Assembly: GCA_040755835.1 (NCBI GenBank)
Contig: JBFMAB010000122.1
Span: forward strand, 107,180-146,503
Origin: Myxococcota bacterium
GTDB taxonomy: Bacteria > Myxococcota > Myxococcia > Myxococcales > Myxococcaceae
Direction: 5' to 3'
DNA length: 39,324 nt
Shown here: positions 1 through 9,527 of the stretch, piece by piece
How positions within the stretch are numbered: the first letter of the stretch is position 1
Layout: every line of letters begins with the position of its first letter
Translations under genes and position numbers: made by a program
The notes under the pieces: model-generated
Database searches by the model: none
Told to the model about the DNA's origin: nothing
The model's input: only the letters and a program-made list of their open reading frames with translations

Positions 1-546
1 GCGCGGCTTGGCTTCGTGGGCGACGGCAGGTCGCTCGTCCTCATGACGCTCGAAGGCACCGCGACGCGGACGCTGCGCGCGTACCGGAGCGGCGCGTGGG
101 AGGAGCTGGGCGCTCCGCCGCCGCTCGCGTCGACGTCGTCGCTCCCTTTCATCGCCGTTGACGGGCAGCGCGTCTTCTTCCTCGAGTGGGACGAGGCGGC
201 GCAGCAGTCCATCGCGTGGGTCCACGACGGCGCCGCCTGGAGTGAGTGGGCGCGCTCGCAGGCCAGTGAGTGCTTCCACGCCCTCGCCGTGCATGGCGGC
301 GCGCTGTACACCTTCAGTGGCACTTCGCCCAACAGCGGCAGCGCGCCCAGAACGCGGGAGCTGGCGCGGCTCGACCGCGGCGCTGTGACGCGTGTCGCGC
401 TCCCGTTTGGCCCCGACTCGCGCGGCGACGTCATGCTGTACGAAGGCAGCTTCCTGGTGTCGGGCGGCGACGCGTTCTACGCGACGTATGGCGAACAGGG
501 GACGAGCGGCTTCAACGCGGTGCGACTCCATCGCGTGGCGCGGTAG
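1..546 (+). CDS. Partial CDS (3' end). Hypothetical protein, possibly beta-propeller-like. The reading frame is open to the window edge.
   Basis: The ORF 16..546 (GTG at 16) stays in frame and open back to base 1 (ARLGFVGDG...). Codon usage is typical for this GC content. No recognisable catalytic motifs. Confidence 0.4.
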   Translation, partial: ARLGFVGDGRSLVLMTLEGTATRTLRAYRSGAWEELGAPPPLASTSSLPFIAVDGQRVFFLEWDEAAQQSIAWVHDGAAWSEWARSQASECFHALAVHGGALYTFSGTSPNSGSAPRTRELARLDRGAVTRVALPFGPDSRGDVMLYEGSFLVSGGDAFYATYGEQGTSGFNAVRLHRVAR

Positions 547-826
547 CGCGGCGACCGCCGCTTCGTTTCCCGGCGCGTGGAGCGACTCCAACCTCGTCTC
601 CGCCGCGGACGATGTGCGAGCGCACGCGGCGGGCGCCATCGGCGTCACGTTCGTGCACAGGCAGCGCGCGGCGCGCGCCAGCGGCGGCGCGTCGGCGGCC
701 ACCTCGACGCGCGGTGCCTCCGTCAGGTGTCCGGCCACGTCGTGGTCGTGCGCCTCGTCGACGAAGCCGGTGAACCAGCCCGAATCCCCTCCGGCGCGGT
801 GCGCTTCACCGCGAAGGAGGCCTCTC

Positions 827-2509
827 TCACGACAGCGCCTTGACGTGAATCGGCGGCACGCGGCGCTCCACCGCGGCCTCCACCACGCGGCCGAGGCGCA
901 ACAGCAGATGCTCCTCCCACGGGCGGCCGAGCAGCTGGAGGCTCACGGGCAGGCCCGCGGCGTCGAAGCCCGCCGGCACCGCGAGCGCGGGGAAGCCGGT
1001 GAGGTTCCCGACGCGGACGAAGCGCATCAACTGGTCCACCACCGGGAGGTTGGACTCACCGTCGGGCAGCGTCTCTTCGGGAATCGGCGGCGCGGTGCAC
1101 GCGGTGGTGGGCGTGACGACGACGTCCACGTCGTTCATCAGCGCGAGGTACTCGCGCGTCAGCTTGTGCCGGTGCCGCATCGCGTGGACGAGGTCCGTCG
1201 CGCGGAAGTGCCGGCCGATGGCGAGGTTGGTGCGCGAGTCGAGCGCGAAGCGCGTGGAGTCCTCCTCCACGTCGTCGCGCATCGCCGTCGCCATCTCCGA
1301 GAGGATGATGACGGCGTGGCTCCAGAGAATGGTGTTGAGGTCCGGCGGCGGAATCTCCACCACCTTCGCGCCCGCGTCGGTGAGCGCCCGCACCGCTTCC
1401 CTGCAGCGCTTCACGACGTCGGGGTCCGCGTCCTCGAAGTACGGCGCGCAGAGGCCCAGGCGCACGCCGGCGAGGTTGCGGTTCTCGTAGGCCGACAGGT
1501 GCGCCGGCGGCTGCGCCTGCGACACGAAGTCGTGCGCGTCGGGGCCCGCGATGAGCGCGTACGCCGCCGCCACGTCGTCCACCGTGAGGCCGATGGGCCC
1601 GACGTGGCCCACGTTCCAGCAGAGCGCCGGCACGCCCGTCTCGGGGATGCGCCCCCACGTCGCCTTCAGGCCGACGACGCCGCACAGCCCCGCAGGGATG
1701 CGGATGGAGCCGCCGCCGTCCGCGCCGATGGCCACCGGGCACAGGCCCGCCGCCACCACCGCCGCCGAGCCGCTCGAGGAGCCGCCGGTGATGTGGCCCC
1801 GGTTCCACGGGTTCCGCGCCGGCCCGTAGTGCGGGTTCAACCCGATGGGGTTGATGCCGATTTCGTTCATGTTGGCCTTGCCGAGGATGACGGCGCCGCC
1901 GGCCTTCAGGCGCTCGGCCACCACCGAGTCCTTCGTGGCCACCCGCTTCAAGAACTTCGTCCCCAGCGTCGTGGGGAAGCCCGCGAGGTCCACCTCGTCC
2001 TTCAGCACGACTGGCACGCCGTCCAGGACGCTCCGCGCCTCGCCCGCGCGCAGGCGGCGCGCCGCGGCCTCCGCGTCCTTCAGCACCTCCTCCGGCTTGC
2101 GCGCGATGAAGAAGCCCATGCGCTCGTCGCGGCCGTCGAGGCGCTCGATGGCGTCATGCAGCCGCCGCACCACCGACACCGGGTCGCCGCCGTCGCGGTA
2201 CGCCTGCGCGTAGGCGGACACCGTCTCGAGGCGCGTCAGCCCGGCGAACCGCGCGCCGCTCGCGTGCACCGCGCGCTCCGCCAGCTGCAGCGGGCCCTGC
2301 GGCTCCGCCGCCGGCTCGCCGTGCGGCAGCGGCACCTGCACCGGCGACGCATCCCCCGCGCTCGCCTTCTTGAACGCCTCGAAGCCGGAGTCGTTGACCA
2401 GCTTCGACAGCAGCACGGGGCCCACGCCGCTCTCGAGGGCGTTGACGAAGGCCTTCAGTGGCAAGCCCGCGACACGCGGCGCCTTCACCGGGTTGCGATG
2501 GTAGGTCAT
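827..2509 (-). CDS. Amidase (amidase-signature family enzyme)
   Basis: 560-aa ORF with the Gly/Ser-rich amidase signature GGSSSGSAAVVAAG, the catalytic Ser region, and a conserved KDxxDxxGxPTTxG block (VLKDEVDLAGFPTTLGTKF). Confidence 0.85.
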   Translation of the reverse strand: MTYHRNPVKAPRVAGLPLKAFVNALESGVGPVLLSKLVNDSGFEAFKKASAGDASPVQVPLPHGEPAAEPQGPLQLAERAVHASGARFAGLTRLETVSAYAQAYRDGGDPVSVVRRLHDAIERLDGRDERMGFFIARKPEEVLKDAEAAARRLRAGEARSVLDGVPVVLKDEVDLAGFPTTLGTKFLKRVATKDSVVAERLKAGGAVILGKANMNEIGINPIGLNPHYGPARNPWNRGHITGGSSSGSAAVVAAGLCPVAIGADGGGSIRIPAGLCGVVGLKATWGRIPETGVPALCWNVGHVGPIGLTVDDVAAAYALIAGPDAHDFVSQAQPPAHLSAYENRNLAGVRLGLCAPYFEDADPDVVKRCREAVRALTDAGAKVVEIPPPDLNTILWSHAVIILSEMATAMRDDVEEDSTRFALDSRTNLAIGRHFRATDLVHAMRHRHKLTREYLALMNDVDVVVTPTTACTAPPIPEETLPDGESNLPVVDQLMRFVRVGNLTGFPALAVPAGFDAAGLPVSLQLLGRPWEEHLLLRLGRVVEAAVERRVPPIHVKALS

Positions 2510-2580
2510 GGCCGCGCACCGTAGCGCACTCGCCCGGTCGCGCCGTTGAATAGCCGGCGCTCCACCCGGTCCAAGGCGGC

Positions 2581-3015
2581 ATGAACCGAACCCTCCTTGG
2601 AGTGTCCCTGGCGGTGGCGATGGTGAGCGCGACGGCGGCCCGCGCGGATGACTGCGACGCGCCCTACGGGCGGTACCACGGCGCGGCGCCGGTGGTGGCG
2701 CAGCGGCCGCCTCCGATTCCCATCGTGGCGCCGCAGCAGAGTCCCCATGGCCGCTACGAATGGCGCGACGTGCAGCGCTGGGTGCCCGCGACGTCGACGC
2801 AGGTGTGGGTCGAAGGCCGCTGCGTCACCAGGCGCCACGGCCGGCGCGGCCGCTTCGAGCACACGCGCTGCACGCCCGGCCACTATGAGACCGTCACCAC
2901 GCCCGGCCGCTACGAGACGCGGCAGGAGTGGGTGTGGGTCGCGTTCCCGCCGCCGCCCGTCCGCTTCGGCGCGACGTTCGGCAACGGCGGCGGCTTCACG
3001 GTGACGATGCGCTGA
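2581..3015 (+). CDS. Small secreted hypothetical protein
   Basis: N-terminal signal peptide (MNRTLLGVSLAVAMVSATAARADD). 144 aa with two RYE-type repeats (GRYEWRD / GRYETRQEW). No homology recognised. Confidence 0.4.
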   Translation: MNRTLLGVSLAVAMVSATAARADDCDAPYGRYHGAAPVVAQRPPPIPIVAPQQSPHGRYEWRDVQRWVPATSTQVWVEGRCVTRRHGRRGRFEHTRCTPGHYETVTTPGRYETRQEWVWVAFPPPPVRFGATFGNGGGFTVTMR

Positions 3016-3149
3016 CCCCCGAGACCGCAGCGCGGCTTCAAGCGGGGGCTCCGGGCCGGTTCCGGGGCCCTCGTCGTTTTCCGCACTGGCGCGAGGCGCC
3101 CGGCTTCGAGCGCCGCTCCGGCGCGTTTTCGGGGTAGAACCTGAAGCCG

Positions 3150-5108
3150 GTGTCGGCGCCAACGCACAGGCCGGTCGTGGTGCTCCCTCCGGGGGGCCCG
3201 CTGCGCGCGCGGATCACCTCGCTGCTGGGCGCGGCGCAGGTGCCGGTGCTGGACGAGGCGCCGCACGACCTCGACGTCGCCATCATCGACCTGCAGGCGC
3301 CGGGGGCCCAGGCCGCCCGGGACGCGCTGCTCGAGGCCGCGCCGCGCGCCGCCATCTTCGGCGTGGCGCCGCCCGACCACCCGATGGACCCGGTGGTGCT
3401 CGAGGTCGTCGCGCCGTCCTCCCTCGACGCGGAGCTCGTGCCGCGCCTCGGCCACCTGCGCGCGCGCCTCGCGACGCTGAAAGAAGCGCAGCAACGCCAG
3501 CGCGACCTGAAGGTGCTGCTCGAGCTGACCGCCGCGTACGCCGAGGCCGCCGACGTCGACGAGCTGTTCCACGACGTCACCCGCCGCCTCGCCGAGGAGG
3601 TGCAGATCGACCGCGTGGCGCTCGTCGTCACCGACGCCGAGCGCGGGGAAGGCACCATCGTCGCGGCGAGCGATGACGCGGCGCTGAAGGATCTCCGCAT
3701 CGACCTCGCCCGCTACCCCGAGGTGCGCGAGGTGCTGCGCACCGGCAAGCCCGTCATCCTCGAGGACGCGCCGACGCATCCGATGCTCGAGGATGTGAAG
3801 GACGCCGTCTCGGCCCAGGGCATTCGCAACATCGCCGCGCTGCCGCTGGCGGTGCGCGGGCAGGTGGAAGGCGTGCTGCTCCTGCGCCGCACCACCGTGG
3901 GCGCCTTCAACCCGCGCGAAGTGGAGTTCCTCACGACCGCGGCGCACGCCACCGCCGTCGCGTTCCGCAACCTGACGCGCCTCGAGCGCGTGCGCGGGCA
4001 GCGCGAGAAGGAGAAGTCGGCCCGCATCGCCGCCGAGGAGCGCGCCGCCACCTTCAAGCGCTACCAGGCGTACTTCGACCACCTGTCCGACGGCGTGGCG
4101 ATTCTCGACAGCCGGGCGTGCGTCGTGTCGCTGAACCCCGCGGGCCTCAAGCTGCTCGACGTCGACGCGAAGCAGGCGGTGGGCCGGCACATCAACGCGC
4201 TCACCAACCCCACCGACGACGCACTGCTCATCGACGTCCTCTACTCGGTGTCGAAGGGGGAGGCGCGCGGCGACGTGGACCTGCACGTGCGCACGCTCGC
4301 GGGCCGGCGGTTGACGCTGTCGGTGTCGGCGGCGCCGATGGCGGGCGACACCGCGGGCGAAGGCGTGGCGGTGCTGACGTTGCGCGACGTGACGCGACAG
4401 CGCGCCATGGCCAAGGAGCTGCGGCAGACGACGGACTTCCTCGAGCGGCTCATCGACTCGTCGGTGGACGCGGTCATCGCCGCCGACCTGCGCGGCAACA
4501 TCATGCTGTTCAACAAGGCCGCCGAAGCCATCTGCGGCTACAGCGCCGCCGAGGTCATCGGGAAGCTGCACGTCACGCAGCTGTACCCGGAGGGCGTCGC
4601 GAAGGAGCTGATGGCGAAGCTCCGCAGCGGCGAGCACGGCGGCAAGGGCCGGCTCACGACCAGCCGCGTCGAGATTCTGAACCGCGCCGGCGAGAGAATC
4701 CCCGTCAACATGACCGCCAGCATCATCTACGAGGGCGCCCGGGAGACGGCGACGGTGGGCATCTTCACCGACCTGCGCGATCGGCTGAACCTCGAGCGGC
4801 GGCTCACCGACGCCGAGGCCCGGCTGCTCGAGAGCGAGAAGAACGCCGTCATCGTCGCGCTCGCCGGCACCGCCGCGCACGAGCTGAACCAGCCGCTCAC
4901 CTCGGTGATGGGCTACGCCGAGCTGCTCAAGCGGAAGATCAAGGACTCCGACCCGTCCTACCGGGCGGTCGACATCATCCACCGTGAGGCCGAGCGCATG
5001 GCGGAGATCGTGAAGAAGATCGGCAAGATCACCCGCTTCGAGACCAAGGCGTACGTGGGCTCGGCGCAGATCGTGGACCTCGACAAGGCGGCGGGTCATG
5101 AAGACTGA
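3150..5108 (+). CDS. Multidomain sensor: degenerate receiver-like N-terminus, GAF, two PAS domains and a HisKA (DHp) domain, with no HATPase_c catalytic domain
   Basis: GAF-like region (LAEEVQIDRVALVVTD...GVLLLRR), PAS regions, and an H-box (AAHELNQPLTSVMGYAELLKRK) followed by only about 60 aa. The N/G1/G2 ATPase boxes are absent. Confidence 0.7.
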   Translation: MSAPTHRPVVVLPPGGPLRARITSLLGAAQVPVLDEAPHDLDVAIIDLQAPGAQAARDALLEAAPRAAIFGVAPPDHPMDPVVLEVVAPSSLDAELVPRLGHLRARLATLKEAQQRQRDLKVLLELTAAYAEAADVDELFHDVTRRLAEEVQIDRVALVVTDAERGEGTIVAASDDAALKDLRIDLARYPEVREVLRTGKPVILEDAPTHPMLEDVKDAVSAQGIRNIAALPLAVRGQVEGVLLLRRTTVGAFNPREVEFLTTAAHATAVAFRNLTRLERVRGQREKEKSARIAAEERAATFKRYQAYFDHLSDGVAILDSRACVVSLNPAGLKLLDVDAKQAVGRHINALTNPTDDALLIDVLYSVSKGEARGDVDLHVRTLAGRRLTLSVSAAPMAGDTAGEGVAVLTLRDVTRQRAMAKELRQTTDFLERLIDSSVDAVIAADLRGNIMLFNKAAEAICGYSAAEVIGKLHVTQLYPEGVAKELMAKLRSGEHGGKGRLTTSRVEILNRAGERIPVNMTASIIYEGARETATVGIFTDLRDRLNLERRLTDAEARLLESEKNAVIVALAGTAAHELNQPLTSVMGYAELLKRKIKDSDPSYRAVDIIHREAERMAEIVKKIGKITRFETKAYVGSAQIVDLDKAAGHED

Positions 5109-7032
5109 CGCGCGCCAGCGCGCCTTCGGCGCATCGAGCCCCGCGGCCGACGCCTTCCAGGCCTTCTTCGACATGGTCGACGCGCCCGCCGCGCTGTGCG
5201 GCGTGGACCTGAAGATCGTCATCGCCAACCCGCCGTTCGAGGTGCTGTGCGGCGCGAAGGACCTCACCGGTCAGCTGGTCACGGATTACCTGTCGAGCGC
5301 CGCGCTGTGCGTGCCCGAGGACGGCCACACCCACGACGTCGAGGTCACCTGCAAGACGGGGCAGGAGGTCACGCTGACCGTCTCGCGCCGCGGCGAGACG
5401 GTGGCGGTGGTGGCGCGGCGCCTGTCGCCGATGCTGGACAGCCTCGCGGCCGCGGGCCGGGCGCTCATCGAGCAGGCGCGCGTCGAGAGCGAGCTCCTCG
5501 ACATCGGCCGGCACGTGGCCGGCGCCACCAGTGAGGAGGAGCTGGTCGCGACGGTGGCGCGCGGCGTGAAGAGCCTGTTTCCGCACCGCGCCTTCTGTGT
5601 GCGCATCGTCGACCCGCGCACCTGCGCGCTCACCTCGCTGTACGCCGAGGGGCGCCTGCGCGACGGCGCGCGCGACGTGTTCCACCTGCGCCGCTCGATG
5701 GTGGAGAAGACGCACCTCGACCCGCGCGGGCTGCCGGCGGAGCGGGTGAAGGTGACGTCGGGCGAGCTGCCGCTGCTCTTCCAGGGCAGCGTGCGCGGCA
5801 TCTCCGCGCCGCTGGTGGCGTCGGGGCAGTTCTTCGGCGCGGTGAACCTGGAGTACCCGCCGGGCCTCTCGGCCGACGTGCTGTCCGACGAGCGCATCGT
5901 CATCCAGCTCGCGAACCAGGTGGCGGTCGCGGTGCGCAACGCGAAGCTCATCGACGAGCTGACGTTCGTGCGGAAGTACCTCGAGGAGCTGCTCGAGAAC
6001 GCGAACGCGCTCATCCTCGTCGCCAACCGCGACGGCCGGGTGGTGGTCTTCAACGGCGCGCTGGTGAGGCTGACCGGCTACGGCAAGGCCGAGGTGTTGG
6101 GCACCGACGTGGCGAAGCTGGTGCCGGAGTCCGAGCGGTTGAAGCTCTTGCGCGTCCTGGACGCGTCGCTCAAGGGCGAGGCGGTGTCGGGCGTGGAGAC
6201 GGCGCTGCTCGGCCGCGACGGCCGGGAGATGCGCGTGGCCTTCGCCACCAGCGCGGTGACGAGCCAGTCCGGCGAGGTGGAAGGCGTCATCGCCATCGGG
6301 CAGGACCTGACGCGCATGCGCGAATTGGAGAAGCGCATCATCCAGGCGGAGAAGCTGGCGTCGCTGGGGCAGCTGGCCGCGAGCGTGGTGCATGAAATCA
6401 ACAACCCGATGACGGCCGTGGCCACGTACGCCGACGCGCTGCTGAAGCGCAGCCTCATGTCGCCGAACGCGGACCCGGCCGACGTCGACAAGTACAAGCG
6501 CATCGTCGACAACTCTGAGCGCGTGCTGCGCTTCACGCGCGACCTCGTCAGCTACGCACGGCCCGCGCAGGACAAGCCGGAAGAGGTCGAGGTCAACCAG
6601 GTGCTCGATCGCGCGGTGGGCTTCTGCGAGCACGTGTTGGTGAAGTACGGCGTCGCGCTCGAGCGCAACTACGGCCAGGTCGGCCCGTTCCTCGCGGTGA
6701 AGCAGAACCTGGTGCAGGTCTTCGTGAACCTCATCACCAACGCGTGTCACGCCACGCATGCCGGCGGGCGCATCACGTTGGCCACCACGAAGGTGGACGA
6801 CCACGTGCTGGTGACGGTGACGGACACCGGCTCGGGCATGGCGCCCGAGGTGCAGGCCCGCATCTTCGAGCCGTTTTTCACCACCAAGCCCGACGGCAAG
6901 GGCACGGGCCTCGGCCTGTCCATCGTGCAGGGCATCATCGAGAGCCACGGCGGCACCATCTCCGTGGAGAGCGCGCCGGGGAAGGGCACCACCTTCACCG
7001 TGAAGCTGCCGATGCTGCGCCGGCTGGGCTGA
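5098..7032 (+). CDS. PAS-GAF-PAS sensor histidine kinase (complete HisKA + HATPase_c)
   Basis: H-box (EKLASLGQLAASVVHEINNPMTAV), N-box (NLITNACHAT), G1/G2 (DTGSGMAPE...GTGLGLSIVQGIIESHGGTISVES). Its ATG overlaps the previous gene's stop (ATGAAGACTGA). Confidence 0.85.
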   Translation: MKTDARQRAFGASSPAADAFQAFFDMVDAPAALCGVDLKIVIANPPFEVLCGAKDLTGQLVTDYLSSAALCVPEDGHTHDVEVTCKTGQEVTLTVSRRGETVAVVARRLSPMLDSLAAAGRALIEQARVESELLDIGRHVAGATSEEELVATVARGVKSLFPHRAFCVRIVDPRTCALTSLYAEGRLRDGARDVFHLRRSMVEKTHLDPRGLPAERVKVTSGELPLLFQGSVRGISAPLVASGQFFGAVNLEYPPGLSADVLSDERIVIQLANQVAVAVRNAKLIDELTFVRKYLEELLENANALILVANRDGRVVVFNGALVRLTGYGKAEVLGTDVAKLVPESERLKLLRVLDASLKGEAVSGVETALLGRDGREMRVAFATSAVTSQSGEVEGVIAIGQDLTRMRELEKRIIQAEKLASLGQLAASVVHEINNPMTAVATYADALLKRSLMSPNADPADVDKYKRIVDNSERVLRFTRDLVSYARPAQDKPEEVEVNQVLDRAVGFCEHVLVKYGVALERNYGQVGPFLAVKQNLVQVFVNLITNACHATHAGGRITLATTKVDDHVLVTVTDTGSGMAPEVQARIFEPFFTTKPDGKGTGLGLSIVQGIIESHGGTISVESAPGKGTTFTVKLPMLRRLG

Positions 7033-7144
7033 GCCGGGCGGCTGGGCGCGGCTCGCGCAAGTCGGCCCACACGGCCTCTGGCCCGGGGCCGGCGGGGTTT
7101 GAGGCCATCGGCGCGTCAGGGCTGCCCCGGTTGGCAGCGGCGGG

Positions 7145-7960
7145 CTATTCGGCGCCGTCGACTTCCTTCAGGAACTCCTCGCGCGAGATGAGCCCCTTGC
7201 GGGCCATGATGCGCATGAGCGCCCAGAATTTCCGCTCGAGCTTGGCGACCTCGTCCTCGTCGTCCGCGGCGCTGCCGAAGAGGAAGTCGAGGTCCTTCGA
7301 CACGCCGGCGCCGCCCTTCTTCTTCACCTGCGCCTGCGACTGCCGCTCGCTGATGAGCTGCTCGAGCGCCGGGTCGGGCGTGCCGGGGGGCAGCGGGTTC
7401 GACGCGGAGACGATTTCCTCGCCCATCACCGTCGGCGGCTCGTCCTCCGCGGGCTCGAGCCGCACCGAGCCGCTCGCCACGCTCACCGGCGCGCGCGCCC
7501 GCGCCTCGGCGTCGGACACCTTGTGGTAGTAGCGGAGGATCGCCGCGCGAATCTGCGAGTGCGTGGAGACGTAGGCCGCCACCTTGAGGCCGGTGGTGAA
7601 CTCGATCTCCTCCATCGCGCTCTGGTTGAGCGGGTCCGACAGCGCCACCATGAGCCGCTTGTTCGGCGTGCCCTTGCCCTCGATGGCGAAGGGGAACAGC
7701 TCGTGCTGCTCGCAGAAGCGCGCGCGGAGCATGTGCACCGCGGACCAGTCGACCGCCACCTGCGTCAGGTCCACCGTCGCGAGGCCCAGGGACTGCCCCA
7801 GCACCTGCGCGAGCATCACCTCGGTGATGACACCCTGCTGGATGAGCGTGATGCCCAGCCGCTGGCGCGTGCGCTTCTGCGCCAACAGCCCGGCCTCGAG
7901 CTGCGCCTGGGTGATCGCCCGTCGCTCGACCAGGAGCTCGCCAATTCGCTTCCGCGTCAT
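7145..7960 (-). CDS. MshEN / T2SS-E N-terminal domain protein (predicted c-di-GMP receptor domain) with a disordered acidic C-terminal region
   Basis: The N-terminus matches the GspE/MshE N-domain. The 24-residue RLGxxL(I/L)xxG(V/L)(I/L)xxxxLxxxLxxQ c-di-GMP-binding motif appears as RLGITLIQQGVITEVMLAQVLGQS. An ATG at 7960 is preceded by a GGGGG RBS; a GTG at 7978 is the alternative start. Confidence 0.7.
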   Translation of the reverse strand: MTRKRIGELLVERRAITQAQLEAGLLAQKRTRQRLGITLIQQGVITEVMLAQVLGQSLGLATVDLTQVAVDWSAVHMLRARFCEQHELFPFAIEGKGTPNKRLMVALSDPLNQSAMEEIEFTTGLKVAAYVSTHSQIRAAILRYYHKVSDAEARARAPVSVASGSVRLEPAEDEPPTVMGEEIVSASNPLPPGTPDPALEQLISERQSQAQVKKKGGAGVSKDLDFLFGSAADDEDEVAKLERKFWALMRIMARKGLISREEFLKEVDGAE

Positions 7961-8050
7961 CAGACCCCCGACTACCACGCGGCCTCTCGTGTAGGAAAAA
8001 TCAAGGACCTTTCGCCGCTTGTCGTGGTCCGTAATCCGAAGTCGGTTGCC

Positions 8051-8080
8051 TTGACACCCTTTTCACGCGGGGCCTATGGT
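8051..8080 (+). promoter_or_regulatory. Candidate sigma70-type promoter for the tolQ/exbB-like operon
   Basis: TTGACA (8051-8056), an 18-nt spacer, then TATGGT (8075-8080), lying in a lower-GC divergent intergenic region about 70 nt upstream of the 8147 ATG. Confidence 0.3.
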
Positions 8081-8146
8081 GCGCCGGCTTTTCCGGGTTT
8101 TGTGATCCGGGAAGACGGCAAGGGACCCTTTGGAGGTACATCTGAA

Positions 8147-8878
8147 ATGACGCTTGGACTTCTGAGCATTCTGGCGAGTGAGGCGGCCGAAGGTGGCGAG
8201 AGCGGGGGGCTGTTCGCCCGCATCGCCGAGTCGTGGAACGAGGGTGGCTGGGGTATGTACCCCATCGCCTTCTTCTTCGTGATCGGCATCGCCATCACCG
8301 TCGAGCGCATCATCGTGTTGTTCTTCTCGGCGGCCATCAACAAGGACGGCTTCCTCCGTGGCCTGAAGAAGCACATCTACGCGGGCGACCTGGACAAGGC
8401 GATCAACTACGTCGCGGGCCAGAAGCCCACGCCGCTCACCAACGTCATCAAGTCGGGCCTGATGAACGTCCCGAAGGGCGAGGAAGAAGTGCAGGCGGCG
8501 CTCGACGAGGCCAGCCTCCGCGAGAACCCGAAGCTCGAGGCGCGCACCGGTTACCTCGCGATGCTCGGTAACGCCGCGATGCTCGCCGGTCTGCTCGGCA
8601 CGGTCGACGGTCTGATCGGCTCCTTCAAGGCCGTGGCGCACGCGTCGCCTGCCGACCGCGCGACCATCCTCGCCGGCTCCATCGGCGAGGCCATGAACTG
8701 CACCCGCTTCGGCCTCATCGCCGCGATCCCGCTCCTCATCTTCTTCTCGGTCCTCAACGGCCGGACCCAGTCGCTCATCAACGACATCAACGAGACGTCG
8801 GTGTCGGTGCTGAACCTGGTCGTGCAGAACAAGGACAAGTTCAAGAACATGAGCGTCCCGGCCCAGGCCGAGGACTAA
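8147..8878 (+). CDS. MotA/TolQ/ExbB-family proton-channel protein (AglR/TolQ-like)
   Basis: Three transmembrane segments and the conserved C-terminal TolQ/ExbB block (GLLGTV...FGLIAAIPLLIFFSVLNGR). GGAGG RBS at 8132-8136. The internal ATG at 8147 was chosen over the long upstream ORF start. Confidence 0.85.
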   Translation: MTLGLLSILASEAAEGGESGGLFARIAESWNEGGWGMYPIAFFFVIGIAITVERIIVLFFSAAINKDGFLRGLKKHIYAGDLDKAINYVAGQKPTPLTNVIKSGLMNVPKGEEEVQAALDEASLRENPKLEARTGYLAMLGNAAMLAGLLGTVDGLIGSFKAVAHASPADRATILAGSIGEAMNCTRFGLIAAIPLLIFFSVLNGRTQSLINDINETSVSVLNLVVQNKDKFKNMSVPAQAED

Positions 8879-8981
8879 GCCGGTTCGAAGCGAAGGGTCC
8901 CGGTTGGACGGGTGGGGTGGAAACCTCGCCTGTCCAGCCACTGTCAGGTGACGTAAACGGCGCCCGAAGCGGGGAGCCGAG

Positions 8982-8999
8982 GGAGCGGGTGCCCGCTCC
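8982..8999 (+). promoter_or_regulatory. Perfect hairpin (GGAGCGGG/CCCGCTCC) immediately upstream of the first exbD/tolR-like RBS
   Basis: The palindrome ggagcgggtgcccgctcc ends 14 nt before the ATG at 9014 and abuts the GAGGAG RBS. Confidence 0.25.
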
Positions 9000-9013
9000 A
9001 CGAGGAGACGACG

Positions 9014-9499
9014 ATGGCCGGCGGTATGGACTTGGGTGGTGGTGGCGGCAAGGGCAAGAAGCCCCTCGACACGACCATCAACCTGGTGCCCTTCATCGAC
9101 CTCATGGCGGTCACGATCGTCTTCTTGATCATGACGGCCGTGTGGACGCAGCTGGGCCGCCTCCAGGTGTCGCAGTCGGGGCAGAACGCGTCGGAAGAGC
9201 AGCCGCAGGACCCGAACCAGCTTCAGCCGGTGACGCTGCTCATCACCGAGAAGGAGCTCAAGCTGTCGGTCGGCGGCGCGCAGCTCGAGCCGATCCCCAT
9301 TACGCGTGACGACAAGCAGCGCGTGGACGTGGCGCGGCTCATCGACAAGCTCAAGGAGCTGAAGACGCAGCAGCCTGAGCAGAACGCCATCACCGTCTCG
9401 ACCGAAGACAACGTGAGGTACGAAGACCTGGTGCGGGTCATCGACACGTGCATCGGCGGCCAGTTCCCCTCCGTGTCGGTTTCGCCGGCTTCGTCGTAA
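9014..9499 (+). CDS. ExbD/TolR-family protein (AglQ/TolR-like)
   Basis: 161 aa. A single N-terminal TM plus the ExbD signature (INLVPFIDLMAVTIVFLIM) and a periplasmic domain. Confidence 0.8.
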   Translation: MAGGMDLGGGGGKGKKPLDTTINLVPFIDLMAVTIVFLIMTAVWTQLGRLQVSQSGQNASEEQPQDPNQLQPVTLLITEKELKLSVGGAQLEPIPITRDDKQRVDVARLIDKLKELKTQQPEQNAITVSTEDNVRYEDLVRVIDTCIGGQFPSVSVSPASS

Positions 9500-9527
9500 G
9501 CGGCAACGAAAGCGAGTTCACAAGACC

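Noticed and set aside
392-2524. 710-aa plus-strand ORF overlapping the amidase gene on the opposite strand
   Set aside because: Extremely Arg/Ala/His-rich low-complexity translation, typical of an antisense GC3 artefact. The minus-strand amidase has clear family motifs.
2910-6948. Long minus-strand ORFs (785 aa and 639 aa) antisense to the two sensor kinase genes
   Set aside because: Arg/Leu/Gly-rich composition with no domains. The plus-strand genes have unambiguous GAF/PAS/HisKA/HATPase motifs.
7100-7135. Possible terminator hairpin (GCTGCC-CCGGTT-GGCAGC) between the convergent kinase and MshEN genes
   Set aside because: A 6-bp stem with no flanking U-run on either strand. Too weak to call.
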